Of a DNA stretch of 64,000 bases, positions 48,766 to 62,945 are shown in pieces. The translations under genes were made by a program, and so were the position numbers. The stretch is from assembly GCA_002633005.1 (NCBI GenBank), contig NMRA01000081.1, positions 3,625 through 67,624 of the forward strand. Direction: 5' to 3'. The DNA comes from Phoronis australis. Lineage: Eukaryota > Animalia > Phoronida. How positions within the stretch are numbered: position 1 is the first letter of the stretch; each line of letters opens with the position of its first letter. The notes under the pieces are model-generated. The model worked only from the letters and a program-made list of their open reading frames with translations. It ran no database searches and had not been told where the DNA came from.

Positions 48766-51700
48766 CTATTTCTTCCGTGCCTTAAACCTGTGCCAAGCCC
48801 TTTGTATGACCTCAGCAGCGCGGATCGCCTGCCTTATCTTCAAAACGCGATCCTTCTGCTGTAGTGCTGTACTCATGTAGGTCTCCTCTCTCTGGCTTTC
48901 TTTCATGGCTGTGATCTTTTCAGGCTTGACCTCTTCATCATTTGGCTCACTTGAACTGCCTCGAATTTGAGGTTTAAAGAAGAACGCCTTCTTGGGCACA
49001 ATGAATTCGCGAGGAGGGGACTCTGTTTCCTCACTAATGGGTTTTTCCTTCTGCAGCTTAAAGAACGACTTTTTGGGTACAATGAATTCACGTGGTGACG
49101 TCTTCTCTTTGCTTTCGGCCCCCTTAGAATGGCTGCTGTCTGGATTTGCCAGTCTTTCTGACTGCTTACTGTCGTTTCCTGATAACAAATGGTTGCCAGC
49201 TTTCACTCTAGTTGACTTCCGAGTATCTTCATGGGAACTGCTTATGTCTGCAACGAAATAATTAGTCAGAAACTTTATTTCAAGATACAACAAAAACATA
49301 AAATATTCTTTCCCTCTAGCTGTAAAAGTACCTGCTCTGACAGGTGGAAGAAAAACGATCTGATGGACTTGAGAGAAGTTTACCAGCATGAGGTCCATTA
49401 GCAATGGCGTCCTCTATTATTATTATTAAGAACTAAAGGTAATGACACACCAGTAAAGCATAGTACCAAGAGTTTAATAGTTTATCACATTTATTGGAAA
49501 CAACAGACAGATATGACGTATGCAGTGCACAAGTCAAAGTAGAATAGTGTGCCATGTTTGTTAGAAATGAAAAGTTTTGCTTTTGATTGTTCAGCTTTGC
49601 TCTTTGGCCAAATGCACGAAACAGTCCCAAACAAGGATTCAATTCTAAACCACCTATGCATTGGTGATTTAGTTTACTCACAAATATCATGTTTTTACCG
49701 TAATCGTTCTGGTTAACGCCCTGGGCGGTTAAATTGGCGAATCCAAAAAATCGGGGGAGGGCGGTTAACTGAGAGGTGGGCATTTAACTGGAAATCTTCA
49801 AAAATCGCAGGGGGGCACTTAACTGAGCAGTGGGCGGTTAAATCGAAAATCCACTTAAAGTGGGGATGGGCGGTTAACTGAGCATGGGCGTTAACCCGAA
49901 CGATTACGGTATATCCCTTTATCTTAATCAATATGAGCTGTGTTACCTATGGCGTTTGCAAATAATATAATATCTGGAAAGTCATCGTCGATTTCAATTA
50001 CAATAAGGGAGTTGCATAAAAAGGTCCTTATTCCTTTTCAAAAACATCAACATAGAGTTAGTCTTGTGTGGGTAAAAAAGCTAAAAATTGCTCTGGTGAT
50101 GAAGATAAACAGAATTAGAAAGGGCAACCAGTGTTTGCACACGTCAATTCATGAGGTGAAAAGTTAAGGAATATAGTTGAGTCCTCGTTTGGGGCTGTTT
50201 GGTGAAACCGGGTACTTAAAGTATAAGAAACAAATCCAAAGTCAAAGAGGAAATGGATGGTACAATTCTTCACATGAAATGGTTAGATGGATAGTACCTA
50301 TTCTGAACTTTTTGGCATCATAACTGCTCCGACTCTTGCTGAGTTGCTTGACAAGCTTGGCTGCATCATTGTTCTCATCCTGAAGCGATAAAATGGTATG
50401 AAGGAAGCAGTTATCTTAAAACTTGCACCACAAAATATGCTTCTCAGTCATTTTTAACATTGTTTTCCAAATCACACTGGCTTATCAGTTGGAACATGAA
50501 CTATGTACAATAGGTGGCACTGTAATGTAAAACTCCCTCAATCACTTAAGCTTTCACAATTTAGCACAGAAGATATTGCACTGTCTTCTTCCACAAAGTT
50601 ACCTTTTTTATTTTTTCAAGGGCTTTTAACATCTTCATGAATGTCCACAATGTCTCAAAATACTGCTTGATGGTAGTTATGGTGCAAAACTTGGAGATGA
50701 TAAAGTATTCGTTTGGTGCAACATAGGTTTGAAAAAATCTAGTATAATAATTGTAACTGGACTTGTCCGACATACAGGGTCCTGGATTGGGACAGACTTT
50801 ACCCTAGCATAAAGAAAATTCGTTGGCCAAGAGTCAGATTCAGCAAACAGAGACAATTACCCGAGATCTGCTGTCTTTTTGTGGCCTGGCATACTGGTCA
50901 TAAAACTCCGACAGCACACCAACCTTCGTTTCACCCAACATGTTAGACAGGGTAGAATCAAAGGAGTTTGCTGACAAGCCCATCTTGCGTGCATCAAAAT
51001 TTCCGTTGGCACTTTTACTCACATACTCGCTTGGCCTTATCTTATCTCCAGAGGCATGATCTCTTTCAAACTCTGCATTGTCCGTCAGTTGCTTAGAATT
51101 CCCTTTGAAAGAAGTCTCTTTAGTTTTTCTGGGATGTTTCCTTTCATACACGAACTGTTGAAGTAGGTCGTCATCATCTAAAAGACGGCCGAAAACAGCG
51201 TCTTCCTTCTGTCTTGGGCTTCTTTTTTTAACATTATTTTTGTACTGACCTAAAAGATCTGCATCATCATTCTTCTGTATTTTATCCTTGGCAGATACTT
51301 TTCCAAATGAATTAGTCGAGACAGAATTGTCATTCCAAGACTTGTCTCCCCTGTTCCAGGTAGTTCCAATAGTTTCATGCTGACTTGTGTGCCCTTTAGA
51401 AGGCCTAGGACCTTTAACAAAAATGGAAGACTTCTTCACAGTTCTATCCATTCCATGCTGTTCCTTAGTTGAATTGAACTCTCTTGACATTTTGTCCCCA
51501 TGCAAGGCTTTAAAGAGAGGGGATGTGTATGGCACGCTGGGGGTCTCCAAGCCAGATAACCCATCTTGATTATGGTTTTTACTGGAATCAAAGCGATCAC
51601 TGGGTGACTTTTCAAATAGGTCCTTAGAAGAAATGGATGTGGAGGCAGGAAAACTGGGCTGGATTAACTCTGCCACTGAAGAGTGATTGACAGCATTTTC

Positions 51701-54700
51701 ATGGTTCATCGCAGCGGATGTGGGCGAGTAAACTGGTCCATTTTCAATATCTTCCACTTTCATCTCTGTTGAATGCATTGCAAAACTCTCGCTCACGGGC
51801 AGGTGACCATTGGAAATCCATTTATCATCCGTTGTTGCCGGGCGACTGTTGTTAAGGTTACCAAACAGACTGGTGGCAGGACTGCCACCAGACTGTGACA
51901 TGCGCAGTTTCTCCTTGAACTCCATCAGTTTCTGCCGCGTCGACATCTCCTTCACTTCCAACTGTTTGCTCACCGCCATTATTCGCTGGCGCTCTATCTT
52001 TTTCTGGTACTGAAACAATGACACATACCATTACATGAGATCTTACTTACGACGAGTAGCCTCATTTCAAAATATGGAACATGTTGCACCATAGATATTG
52101 ACATAATTTTGAAAGTGTAGATGGCAGCAGTTGAATCACTGCCCATCCCATAACATTAACTCTGATAGCGTGCTGTATCAAGGAGGTCAGAAGGCTGAGT
52201 GTAGCCAGTATTCACCATCACTGTAACTGGTATTACAGGTAATGGTGGGTAATTATACCCAACATGACAGGGAGATGGAACTTTTCTTTTTGCGAGTCCT
52301 GTATATTAATAACATTTAATTCATTATCAACTTCAAAACAATGGCACAAAAGCTGTCATGACAACTGCCACCACCCTCATGACAAAAGACATTATACTTG
52401 GCCACCAACACTAAAACTACCACTAGACCACTACAAATTATCACATGCCACCCAATTTTAACTATGTACCGCCCCCACTATAACTGTTGCATCCACCACC
52501 GCCCTCATTCCTACACATCCTACACCTGTAGCTCTTCTTTCATTTAACTAGCACCCCCACTATAACTAATGCAACCGCTACCATCCTCATTCCTAGACAC
52601 CCGTTACCTGCAGCTACCCTTTCACCTAACTACATACCACCCCCACTATAACTAATGCAACCACTACCATCCTCATTCCTAGACACCCGTTACCTGCAGC
52701 TACCCTTTCACCTAACTACATACCACACCCACTATAACTAATGCATCCACTACCATCCTCATTCCTAGACACCCGTTACCTGCAGCTACCCTTTCACCTA
52801 ACTACATACCACACCCACTATAACTAATGCATCCACTACCATCCTCATTCCTAGACACCCGTTACCTGCAGCTACCCTTTCACCTAACTACATACCACAC
52901 CCACTATAACTAATGCAACCACCACCCCCCTCATTCCTATCCCCCTGTTACCTGTAGTTGTTCTTTCTCCTGACTCTGCAATATCTGCTTCACCTGCCTC
53001 ACATTCAATTTTCCACCACTGTTTGTGAACTCGGAGAACTTCTCGTGCAGATCTCTCCGAGGTGACCCTGCCAACGGGACTTCCTGCTGCTGGTACTCTT
53101 TCTGTATTGCCTCTTTCTGATCACCAATGACCTTTAACCTCTTGTGCAGCTTATGCTGTGAATATATAGAAAAGATTGCATTATAGATACACCTAACAGT
53201 ATGGAGTGGTACCGAAAGTGTACACAATAAAGAATATTTTAAAAAAACCTTCCAAAAAATTTCAAATGACAAATATAAAAAATTTATTTCTACATGATTC
53301 ATTTGTTTCTAAAATATGTTTGACGAATCTAATTAAATTTTGTCAAAATTGGCCTTTTTGGAGGGTACCACTTTTGTTGAAAGTTAAGTTGTCTCACGTC
53401 AGCAGTGAATGTATGACAAAGAGCGTGTTCACTGTACAGGCAAGGCAGTTCTATAATTCTTACACATTTCATAAATGTAACGCATGTTTACAATGCAACA
53501 AGATTAAATGCTGTGTTGGCAACAAAATGGATTTGGATAAAAGCGACAAAATTTGCTGATAATATGACCAGAGAGTGCAAAATGCAGAATATTGCACGAC
53601 ATTGGAGAGTGTTATTTATAAAGTTCTGTAATTTCTCTAGAATAATTTTGCAGAATTCCCCGACATTTCCCCTGTCTATGACATCCATCAATTGGGCAAT
53701 ACTGTTATTAAATTTCTAAATTCCAAGATTTTCTAAAGTAAAAGACTAATTTGCTTCCAATGATCAACAGCTGAAATTTCTACCACAAAATTCCATACAT
53801 ATGTCCTTGACCTCTAATGATGAAATAATAATGCATTTCTGTGAATTTAAAAATGCCTTATCAATAACCCTTCCTTCAGATATAAAGACAGTGCTGTTAA
53901 TTAAGTTTTCATGTGACATCTATCAACTACCCACGTCTACAATGATAAGTACTGTAAAAGTTAACAAAAACTTCCAAGAATATAGTTACGCACCCATTAG
54001 TTAAGTCAGGTCAGGGCATTATAGGTAAACTGAAATTTTTTGAAGAAAAATCTAAAACACAACAATCCCAATAGTTAATGCCCTGGCTTTATCAAATACA
54101 AGGCCACTGCTTTATCAAATGCAAGGCCACAACTTTATCCGATGCAAGGCCACTGTTTTTATCAAATGCAAGTTCACTGCTCACTGCTTTATCAAATGCA
54201 AGGCCACTGTTTTTATCAAATGCAAGTTCACTGCTCACTGCTTTATCAAATGCAAGGCCACTGCTTTATCAAATGCAAGTTCACTGCTCACTGCTTTATC
54301 AAATNTCAGGTCAGGGCATTATAGGTAAACTGAAATTTTTTGAAGAAAAATCTAAAACACAACAATCCCAATAGTTAATGCCCTGGCTTTATCAAATACA
54401 AGGCCACAACTTTATCCGATGCAAGGGCACTGTTTTTATCAAATGCAAGGTCACTGCTCACTGCTTTATCAAATGCAAGGCCACTGCTTTATCAAATGCA
54501 AGTTCACTGCTCACTGCTTTATCAAATGCAAGGCCACTGCTGTATCAAATGCAAGGTCACTGCTCACTGCTTTATCAAATGCAAGGCCACTGCTTTATCA
54601 AATACAAGGCCACTGCTGTATCTAATGCAAGGCCGCTGCTTTATTTGCCAACCCACACAAACAGACCTCTCTCTTTTTTAGCTGTCGCTCCACCAACTTC

Positions 54701-57700
54701 TCCTGCTGAATGAGATCTGGGTCAGCCTCGTTACGCTTCAATGACAACACATAAGCATGCTGGTCTGCTAACTGTGCACGACACCGGTCAACGCTTGCCC
54801 TGAATAATAGAAGTGCTAAGTTTTGACATGTCACATTCAGCGACCTTCGGGAAAACGTGATCAAAGGCATGTTCACCATCCACAGGAGCATGACTAATAG
54901 ATGATGTAACAGTTATGTAACGCTGTCCCTCAGGACTGAGGACTGACCACCACATTACATAATGTGGCTAAAAACATTTTGGATCACTACGGCTGTCAAA
55001 ATGATAAATTTTCATGAAAAGCACAATCGTATGTTACGTACCATTCCCCTTTACTCAGCCAAGAAATATTCAACATCACGATCTGATCTAGTATCACATT
55101 CAATCAAACTTGACAAACATGCCTATTGTGTTGGTACACAATGCTAGTATTTCATATAAAACATATCTTCACAACATTTGTCGAAAGTCATTTGGAAATA
55201 GTATTTTTAAATATTGGTTAGCCTCAAGTGTGCTCTTTACAACATAATTGGTGGATTACGTGTCCTTATCAGATGAACAAAGACAATGAGAGACCTGGAC
55301 CATGTAAACACCGGTTTTCCAACTATGTCCCCTTGTTATCGCTGTCAAACTGATAACAACACAGCTGTATCCTGACTAGCCGATCAGCGAAATCAAGATA
55401 CTCATCCCACAGTGCAGATGCATAACAATCAGGCTCTAAGAAGAAATTTGCATTGAACAAAATGTATAAAAAAGCACAGTAATTATGACCGCCGTGGGTT
55501 CAGTTGTACAGGGAATGCCAAGAGTTGGGCTGTCCCAGGACTGAGATATAGACAGGATAAAACCCAACACAAAATGAACAACAGGATGCCCTATTGACTC
55601 ACTGTAGTTCTTTTTCTATCAGCTCCAACTGCTGCTCCTTGACAGACGTCTGGAACTCCACCAAATGTTGTTGTTCTTCAAGCTGGTTGGCGTACATCTT
55701 TTCCACTTTGTCATTGAGCTTCTTCACGTCTCGCTCTTTCTTCTTTTCAAACGGCGTCTTGAAGGCCTCCCTCGCCTTGTGGCTCCCAAACCTGAACTCT
55801 GAACGTGAGACAACAAATAACTATAATAAGTCAAAAAGCGACCTGTTTCATGAACAGTGACTTTTAAGTCACTTTTAAGTTTAAAACTTAAATAAGAAAT
55901 TTAGTATTATGCTCCACGTACCTATTTTTGAAAAATAAATAAATCCCACTTGAGCAAAAATGCAGAGCCTCTGAGAATATGCAATCATACTGGTAGTTAC
56001 TAGCTGGGATAACTTGTTTAAATTATTCCTAGACTGTGATGGTCTCGTAATTACTTCAGGGATCAACCTTTAGTCCACAATTGTCACAACTGAGAAGGTG
56101 AAGTGAGAGCCTACGAAACTTTAGGTCACTTTTCATGAAGCAGACTGTGATCCCAAACCAGAACTCTGAATGCAAAACAACAGGCAAAGCTGAACAAATC
56201 AAACTGGTGAATAAGTGATATTTATCGCAGGTTACAAGGAAAATTATGTTAATCAGTTCAAAAATGTGGGAATCAACTGACACCTGATGCAAGATCTGAC
56301 AGCTGCCAATTGGAGAGATATGGATAATATTTAAGTTATTAAGTGTAAAGAGAGCACCGATTTCAGTCAAACAGATGGTGCATGTTATAACAGAAGCTCC
56401 CTCTATAGGACATAATGAAAATACCTTAATTTATTCATAATGACTCAAGACGACAAATGGTGAGCCAAGCTTAAGCTCAACATTTTCAACTAGGCTCATC
56501 TTGCTTAGACTACCATCATTTACGATTGGTGATTGATAGACCGTCAAAATTTCAGACGTCTAGCTACCAACTTAACACAATTTTTGTATCAGACAATTAA
56601 GTTAAAGAAAGAAAATCAAACAACATTGTGTTATGACTAACGTGGCCAACATACATGTGAGGAGAACTGGAATTGCCAAAGATCAAGCTAGAAAGCTCAA
56701 ACCAACATGCGACTTCAGAGAACATAATTACATTCAAAACATTCCTGTAAGACCTCATGCTAGAAAAACATACCAGTGCACACCCAGAACAGTGTAACTT
56801 ACTCTCAATGCAACATCAACCAAGAACTTCACAGCACAATCTCAGGAAAAGATATGTACAGGTTGTAATTGTGCTTAGCATGCAAATGTTGCCGACGTGC
56901 CATGAACCACTCACAAAAACTGGCTTCAACCAGAATGAGCAACAAGAGAGGAGGGGAGTCGTGGCTGTGTACTTACAAGCCCAACTGCCATGCAAAGTCT
57001 TCAAGAATCTTATGTGCTTCAACAACAAACTCACCATAAAGATCCACATGTCACAACACACTCTGGCTGACCCACACACAAGAGCAAGACTTAAAATGTT
57101 GTATTTGTCAAACATTCTTGTCCAAACAAATCGCACACAATGACGCTATTGTCCACAGCTATAACACAAAGGCATAACTAGCCCCCAATAATTCATGTAT
57201 ACAGGTAGGTTATAACTTCATTTGATTGATATGGCCTAATAACTGCACAACTGTTTGCTTTAATCTTGTTTCATAAACTTTGAACAAGAATTAGCAGCCT
57301 TACTGGTGTACCTGAAAACAACATTGCAAATTAAACTTTACTAAAGTTTAATTTGCAATGAGAAATTAACAACTTCACCTCAAAGGTAAAATAATAGCAC
57401 ACAGGCTTTTCTACATTTTAAGCGTAATAGGTGAAATATTCTCAAAATATAATTCATTACAATTAAAATACATAACCCATTTTCATGATTTTCTAAATTT
57501 GTCACTAAGGGCAGTTCATGTTTATTGCATTCACTACTACACAATCTATCTTGATGGGAAAGCTCAGTTACACGTTATGTCACATTACCTGGAGTTGAGG
57601 TGTACACTACTCGCTTTTTGGGAGTGGGTTGGGTGGAGGGAGGCTTGTCTACAAATTAAAAGGACATGCAAAATACATGGGTTATAATCCTGTGAGAAAG

Positions 57701-60700
57701 GTCACATTTCAGCAACTGGCTTTGAGATTAGCATGAGAATTAGTAACACTAAAATCTCACCATTAACACAATATTGCAGAAAGACGACATTTTCTTTTTT
57801 TCTTTTGTTCTAAATGATACAAAATACCCAAATAATTCTTTGTTGTGTTCAAGGTGTGTACTTTTACTATCAAGAGGCAATGTTTTGAAAAATTGTTGGC
57901 ATTCACAATCATGTTAGAAGCTCTTGAAAATGCGAAAAAGTGCAATTTTGGTAATTTTTTTGTCGGAAATGATGAGATTCTATCGTAATGTTAATGCAGT
58001 ATGCTAAGAGAAATTCATGATGAAAACTTACAACTTCAAAGTCGGGATTATTTTTCTAGAACACTGGGATGAGATCCCTGCAAGTGACTGTAACCATTAG
58101 TGTTCTAGAAAAATAAACAGCTATTGACAATAGATGTTCATTAAAATGTCATCCAAGTAAATTAGATTAAGGATTTACAGTTGAGAAAATAAAAAATGTC
58201 TAGCTTTTAAATTTAAGTTAATAATAAGAAAGAGATTAAATGGTGTTACTTTGTTTAAATTTCTATTAATAGCGAGATTGGGCATTATGTGGATTACCTG
58301 AATTCCAGTCAGCATTAAGAGATCCCCCAGTCCAACCATAGGAGTCACTAGTGTTTAAGTTAGTTGAAGCCGGTGTCGCCATCTGTATGTCAACTTCTTG
58401 ACCAACTGACTGGATAGACTCCATAGTAACGGGCCTGAACAAAATTAATATTACATGAATAGACACAATTCATAGGAATGAGATTGAGATTCAGCAGACA
58501 AACAAAATAATATACCTAAACGTCAAGAACTGCAATGGAAACTTCAAAGATATACACTAGTGGGATGCAGCGTTCAGCCAAGTATACAAGTTAATATGCA
58601 GTATTCAAAAACATACATCAATCAATCCAATGGAAGTTTTTAGTCACTTAACAGAAACTTCAATCAATACCTCATGTAAACCATCAGTTTACATCGGGCA
58701 ATCAGGAAGTTTGCCCATGCATTTTTCATGAAATTTCCTAGTGAGGCTACACGCTAGACCACCAAGCCGATGGTTAACATTATGGTACACGTTTTGACAA
58801 TTAAGGCAAACAACACAAAAGATTTTTGGTAGGATAAGTCAATGAATTGGAACTGAACACCAAGTGGACTCATAAGTAACTTAAACATTTTTTTCTATGT
58901 AATGGTGTAGGGCACATTACACTACATATTATTTTAAGAGGGACGCAAGAGTATTTGTGGTCTGCGTGTATTGCTAAGAAGATACAGGGCTTCTTATGAT
59001 GAATGCAAATATGGGATGATTAGGAAGGGATTACCTCCCCTGTCATTGATGGGGAGAAATTAGTTTCAAAACCCAAAGGTTGTTCTTGCCTTGTGCTTAG
59101 AGTAATAAGTATGACTGGGCAAGATTTAAAATTAAGGAACTTCAAAAATGTCAAATGAAAAATGTGTTTCAAAAAGCACCAAGTGCAGAAGCCTGGTAGA
59201 CGTGAAAATGAGGTTTTCAGCCCATATTTAAAGAAATGGTTTACGTTTGTGAAGAAAAACATCACAGAATTGTATTTTTAATCACGCTCATAGAAGCTGG
59301 ATCGACTAGCAGAAATTTCACAACTGCAATAGGCCATCAGGCTTTACGGACCCCAAGAGGACTCCATTGTTATCCAGGCTTTCAGTGACCAATCATAAGG
59401 ATACCCTTGAATCCCAGACATCCATTGACTCCCAGAGGATCCCATCCACCCCCAGGCTTTCATATTACACCCAAGAGGTTCCCATTTACCTTCAAACAAC
59501 CGCAAAGTGACACTTCAGCAAAAGAATAATTATACTAAGATTAGGGCAAAAAAGCAAAGTTGGTTCTGGCTCATCGTGAGAAATGCACTCATAGACTAGA
59601 AACAAAGTCTGCCCATGTCAATTTCATCCTTTCAAGCTTTTGTGTGTTATTAAAAAGTAACACAAAATCACATAAACAAGGATGAGCTTTGAAATGACAT
59701 GATTTTGCCAAGCGATGAGTAAAAAAATAAAGCCCGCATAATTTTTGCTCATCTGTTGTAGATTTCGTTTCTTGAAAAAGTGAGCAACTACTAAGATACT
59801 GGGCCATCGACTCGATTCTCAAAAAAACAAACATCCAGAACCAATAATGTTTTTAGCCAATAAGAATTTGTAATATCATAAAACACCGATCTCTTGGTAG
59901 GTCAGATTGTAAATATTTATCATTTCAACGTGATAACTTTGTCATTCTGTGTTGTGTAATGGTTTAAGCCCCAATGAGGAAAAATTTCAGACTTGAACAT
60001 TACTGTAATGGTCGGGTGAGTGATGTAGTTAACAGATATTGTGACAACTACAGAAATTCACCAAATAATTATCATGTGAAGAAACAAAATTTGTTCACAA
60101 GGAGCAGGAAATATTAGCTCTGAGATCATGAGTAGGTCCGAAAATCCCACCTTTGTTTTGACGCATCAGATTCATCAATGAATCCACTGGTAGCCGAGCT
60201 GATCATGGACAGATTACCAGAAGAAATCGGTCTGGCTCCGGAATTATCTTTAGTGGACGCAATCAAGTCCTTGAGCAAGTTCATGCACTCACGGAACTGG
60301 TACAGGTCAGTGATACCTGCAAGAAATAAATGAAACTTTGTGAATCCAAATTTGATTGAAGAGTTCCTGAACAACACAAACGCTATAGTTTATCAAAGGG
60401 ACAGTGCACACAACAATATAAATTTATTGCCAAGAAGTGTTCAAGTTTTATATTTTAGTAATTTTTAAGGCATTTTATCCTTTTTTATAACATTCACATT
60501 ACTTTTAAAAAACATGAATCAACTCAAGACATGACAATGATCAATGTTGGTCTCGAGAGAAACACAAGACAAAAAAGTTGAAATACCCAAACATATTTTC
60601 ACTTAATATTAAGAATAATTCAATTGTTACCCTCGGGACTTGCAAACAATGAAAATACGTGGCACGCTTAAAATGTAGTTTCAATTACCTAAAAAAATAT

Positions 60701-62945
60701 TAAAATGTATCCATGGTTCAAATTAATTTTTTGAATTTGTTTAACACCTGTCCAATGGTTTCAAGGAAAGTAGCTCAGTGCTCTGTCAGCAATTTAAATA
60801 TTTTAGATAGTGCACTGAATTCATGATTTTCTGTTAGTGTGTACAGGTTTTAGCCATCAACAATAGATGGCACCATGTATGCATAAGGGTCAAGACCATA
60901 TAAAATGTGAAATGACTGTCAACTGAAGCAACAATGATACTCAACAAAATGTGTACAGTCTTGGTCAACAGTGCACTCATTAATACTTCATGCACCGCCA
61001 TCCAATAATTCATGGTCATCCAATACATAGCCCTATACAGACAAGAAACAAACTACAAAGAATTTGGCAGCGTCAGTGGCATTGACATTTTCCAAGACCT
61101 CAGTAGAGCAGTTTAAATCAATTATCCCAAAATAGCACACAATACCACTTCACACTCTAAGACCCTTACTAAATACTAAACAAGTTTTCAAATTTCCAAC
61201 AAATTACATATTAATTACCGCACCTCCAAGGATAGGATCTGTTATCACCCCGGCGACAAACTTCTTAACAACGCTAGCACACTTCAGTTTGTCTTCGTCC
61301 GTCAAAACTGTGTTCACCTCAACGCCATCTGGCAACTATAAACACAAATTATATGTCACATGAATAACAAATTGTCAATTTGTTAGAAAAATTGGACATT
61401 TTTAAGCTAAAATGTGCATTTAACATTTATTGCAATAATATATTAATAACACAGTATCAACCATATATTACATCACACAATTTATATGATTTCATAGAAA
61501 TGGTTAATAATAAAAACTCATTTAAAAATCATTTGTGATAAATAATAATCAGCCACAATTGCCCGTATACCTTTGCTGCAACCTTTCCACCAAACTTGAG
61601 AAGTGCTAACTCTGCCTCCAGTTCGGAAATCCGTGCCTTGAGCCTCTTTATCATTGACTTGTCATCAACTTCCTCATTACGTCTGTAACATAGCGGGGGG
61701 AGACAACTCAATTACATGAACAATATTCTAGTTATGTTTGAGAATGTCAAATTAATATTAAGGTGATGCAAGACCTTGTTGACATGTCTGAGTGTGTCTG
61801 AGGCAAATATTCTGAAAATATGTATTTTCTGAAAGTACAAAAACTGTAGAATGTTTTTACTTCGTACTAATCTGCCATGAATCAGGTCATGTTACCATAG
61901 GTAAAACTTAGTGGCACGCAATTACAAATGTCAACTTAGAACTAGGAAAGACAACTTTTCAAGACCTCTAAGCCTTGTTACAGTAACAACCAGTGACTTG
62001 GCAAAAGAATTTTCCAAGACAATGAATTACAGCTGTAATAGGTTGTGAATATCAATGGAGGACTAATGCCAATCATTATGTGTATCCAGGCAAATACTTG
62101 AACGTCCTCCTTCAAATCGTTTAAAAAATATACACTATGTGAAATCATGAACTATTTGTAGTAAGTGACCACAAGACTTATGAAAATTCATGAGTGCTGG
62201 GCAAAGAAGGTGTTTCATAATTATCAAACAAATTCAGATGTTTATTTAAATGGTGCACTATATCCAACTGTTGGCGACTGCTCTTACCGGGCATTGTTAG
62301 AAATACAGGCCACCCTCTGCGCAAATCGGCACGTAGATAACGACTCTCCCAAGTTGACAACCTCCAGGGAAATCGTGGCTATCATGGCCGTCAGACAGTT
62401 TCCTCCTGCAATTGAAGCCAACGGACTGATGATATTTGTATCAAGTGCAAATATAATATAATATATAATTTGAAAAGTCAGTTAATATAGCTTGTACGAA
62501 AATTTGGTCGGACTCAACCACATACGGAAAGTATTTGATTTGAAGTTTAGAACATTAGTCAGAATTACCTTTAGTTATCAAGTTCAACTGACCATTGAAA
62601 GAGTAACCATATTTTGGGTTGTCACGTTCTAACTCAGAAAAATGAGATAGAGAGCAACCCAATCAAGTGTTGTTCTCTACTTCACAAAAATTTGAAACGT
62701 GAATTCAGTATTAAGAAAACAGCACAAAATTCCAAACTTAAAGTCCGTGCAAACATCCCCCAACAAAAGATCATTGAAAATCTAGCAACAAATACAAAAA
62801 AGAATCATCACAGTAACTGTGATTTGGCGTACCTAAGCTATCTCTGAGTACCATAGTCAGAACAGAGTTCCTGTAGGGTATGTGTTTACTGGTGCGTCCG
62901 TACCCATCAGAGGTCGCAGGTCGGCGAACAGAGCTAGCAGTCAGG
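48766..62945 (-). CDS. Kinesin-9 family (KIF6-like) motor, 3' portion; long tail ending in an IQ motif; 5' exons outside the window
   Basis: Exons ~62945-62833 (HIPYRNSVLTMVLRDSLG), 62405-62288 (GNCLTAMIATISLEVVNLGESLSTCRFAQRV), 61682-61571 (NEEVDDKSMIKRLKARISELEAEL), 61335-61224, 60316-60151, 58434-58298, 57648-57589, 55798-55603, 54799-54667, 53155-52952, 52009-50861, 50379-50298 and 49247-48766 are phase-consistent. ESxSTCRFAQRV followed by NEE is characteristic of KIF6/KIF9. Confidence 0.88.
49698..49909. mobile_element. Tc1/mariner(pogo)-type MITE
   Basis: TA-flanked TIRs CCGTAATCGTTCtGGTTAACGCCC / GGGCGTTAACCcGAACGATTACGG, with internal GGGCGGTTAA subrepeats. Confidence 0.8.
52470..52960. 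repeat. 86-bp minisatellite (~5.5 copies) at a kinesin exon/intron junction
   Basis: TATAACTAATGC recurs at 52561, 52647, 52733, 52819 and 52905. Confidence 0.95.
54085..54650. repeat. ~23-30-bp minisatellite (GCAAGGCCACTGCTTTATCAAAT variants)
   Basis: Directly visible; produces the repetitive ORFs at 54078-54713. Confidence 0.95.

Noticed and set aside
54006-54420. Duplicated unique sequence plus minisatellite on either side of N 54305
   Set aside because: Assembly-join artefact within a tandem repeat.
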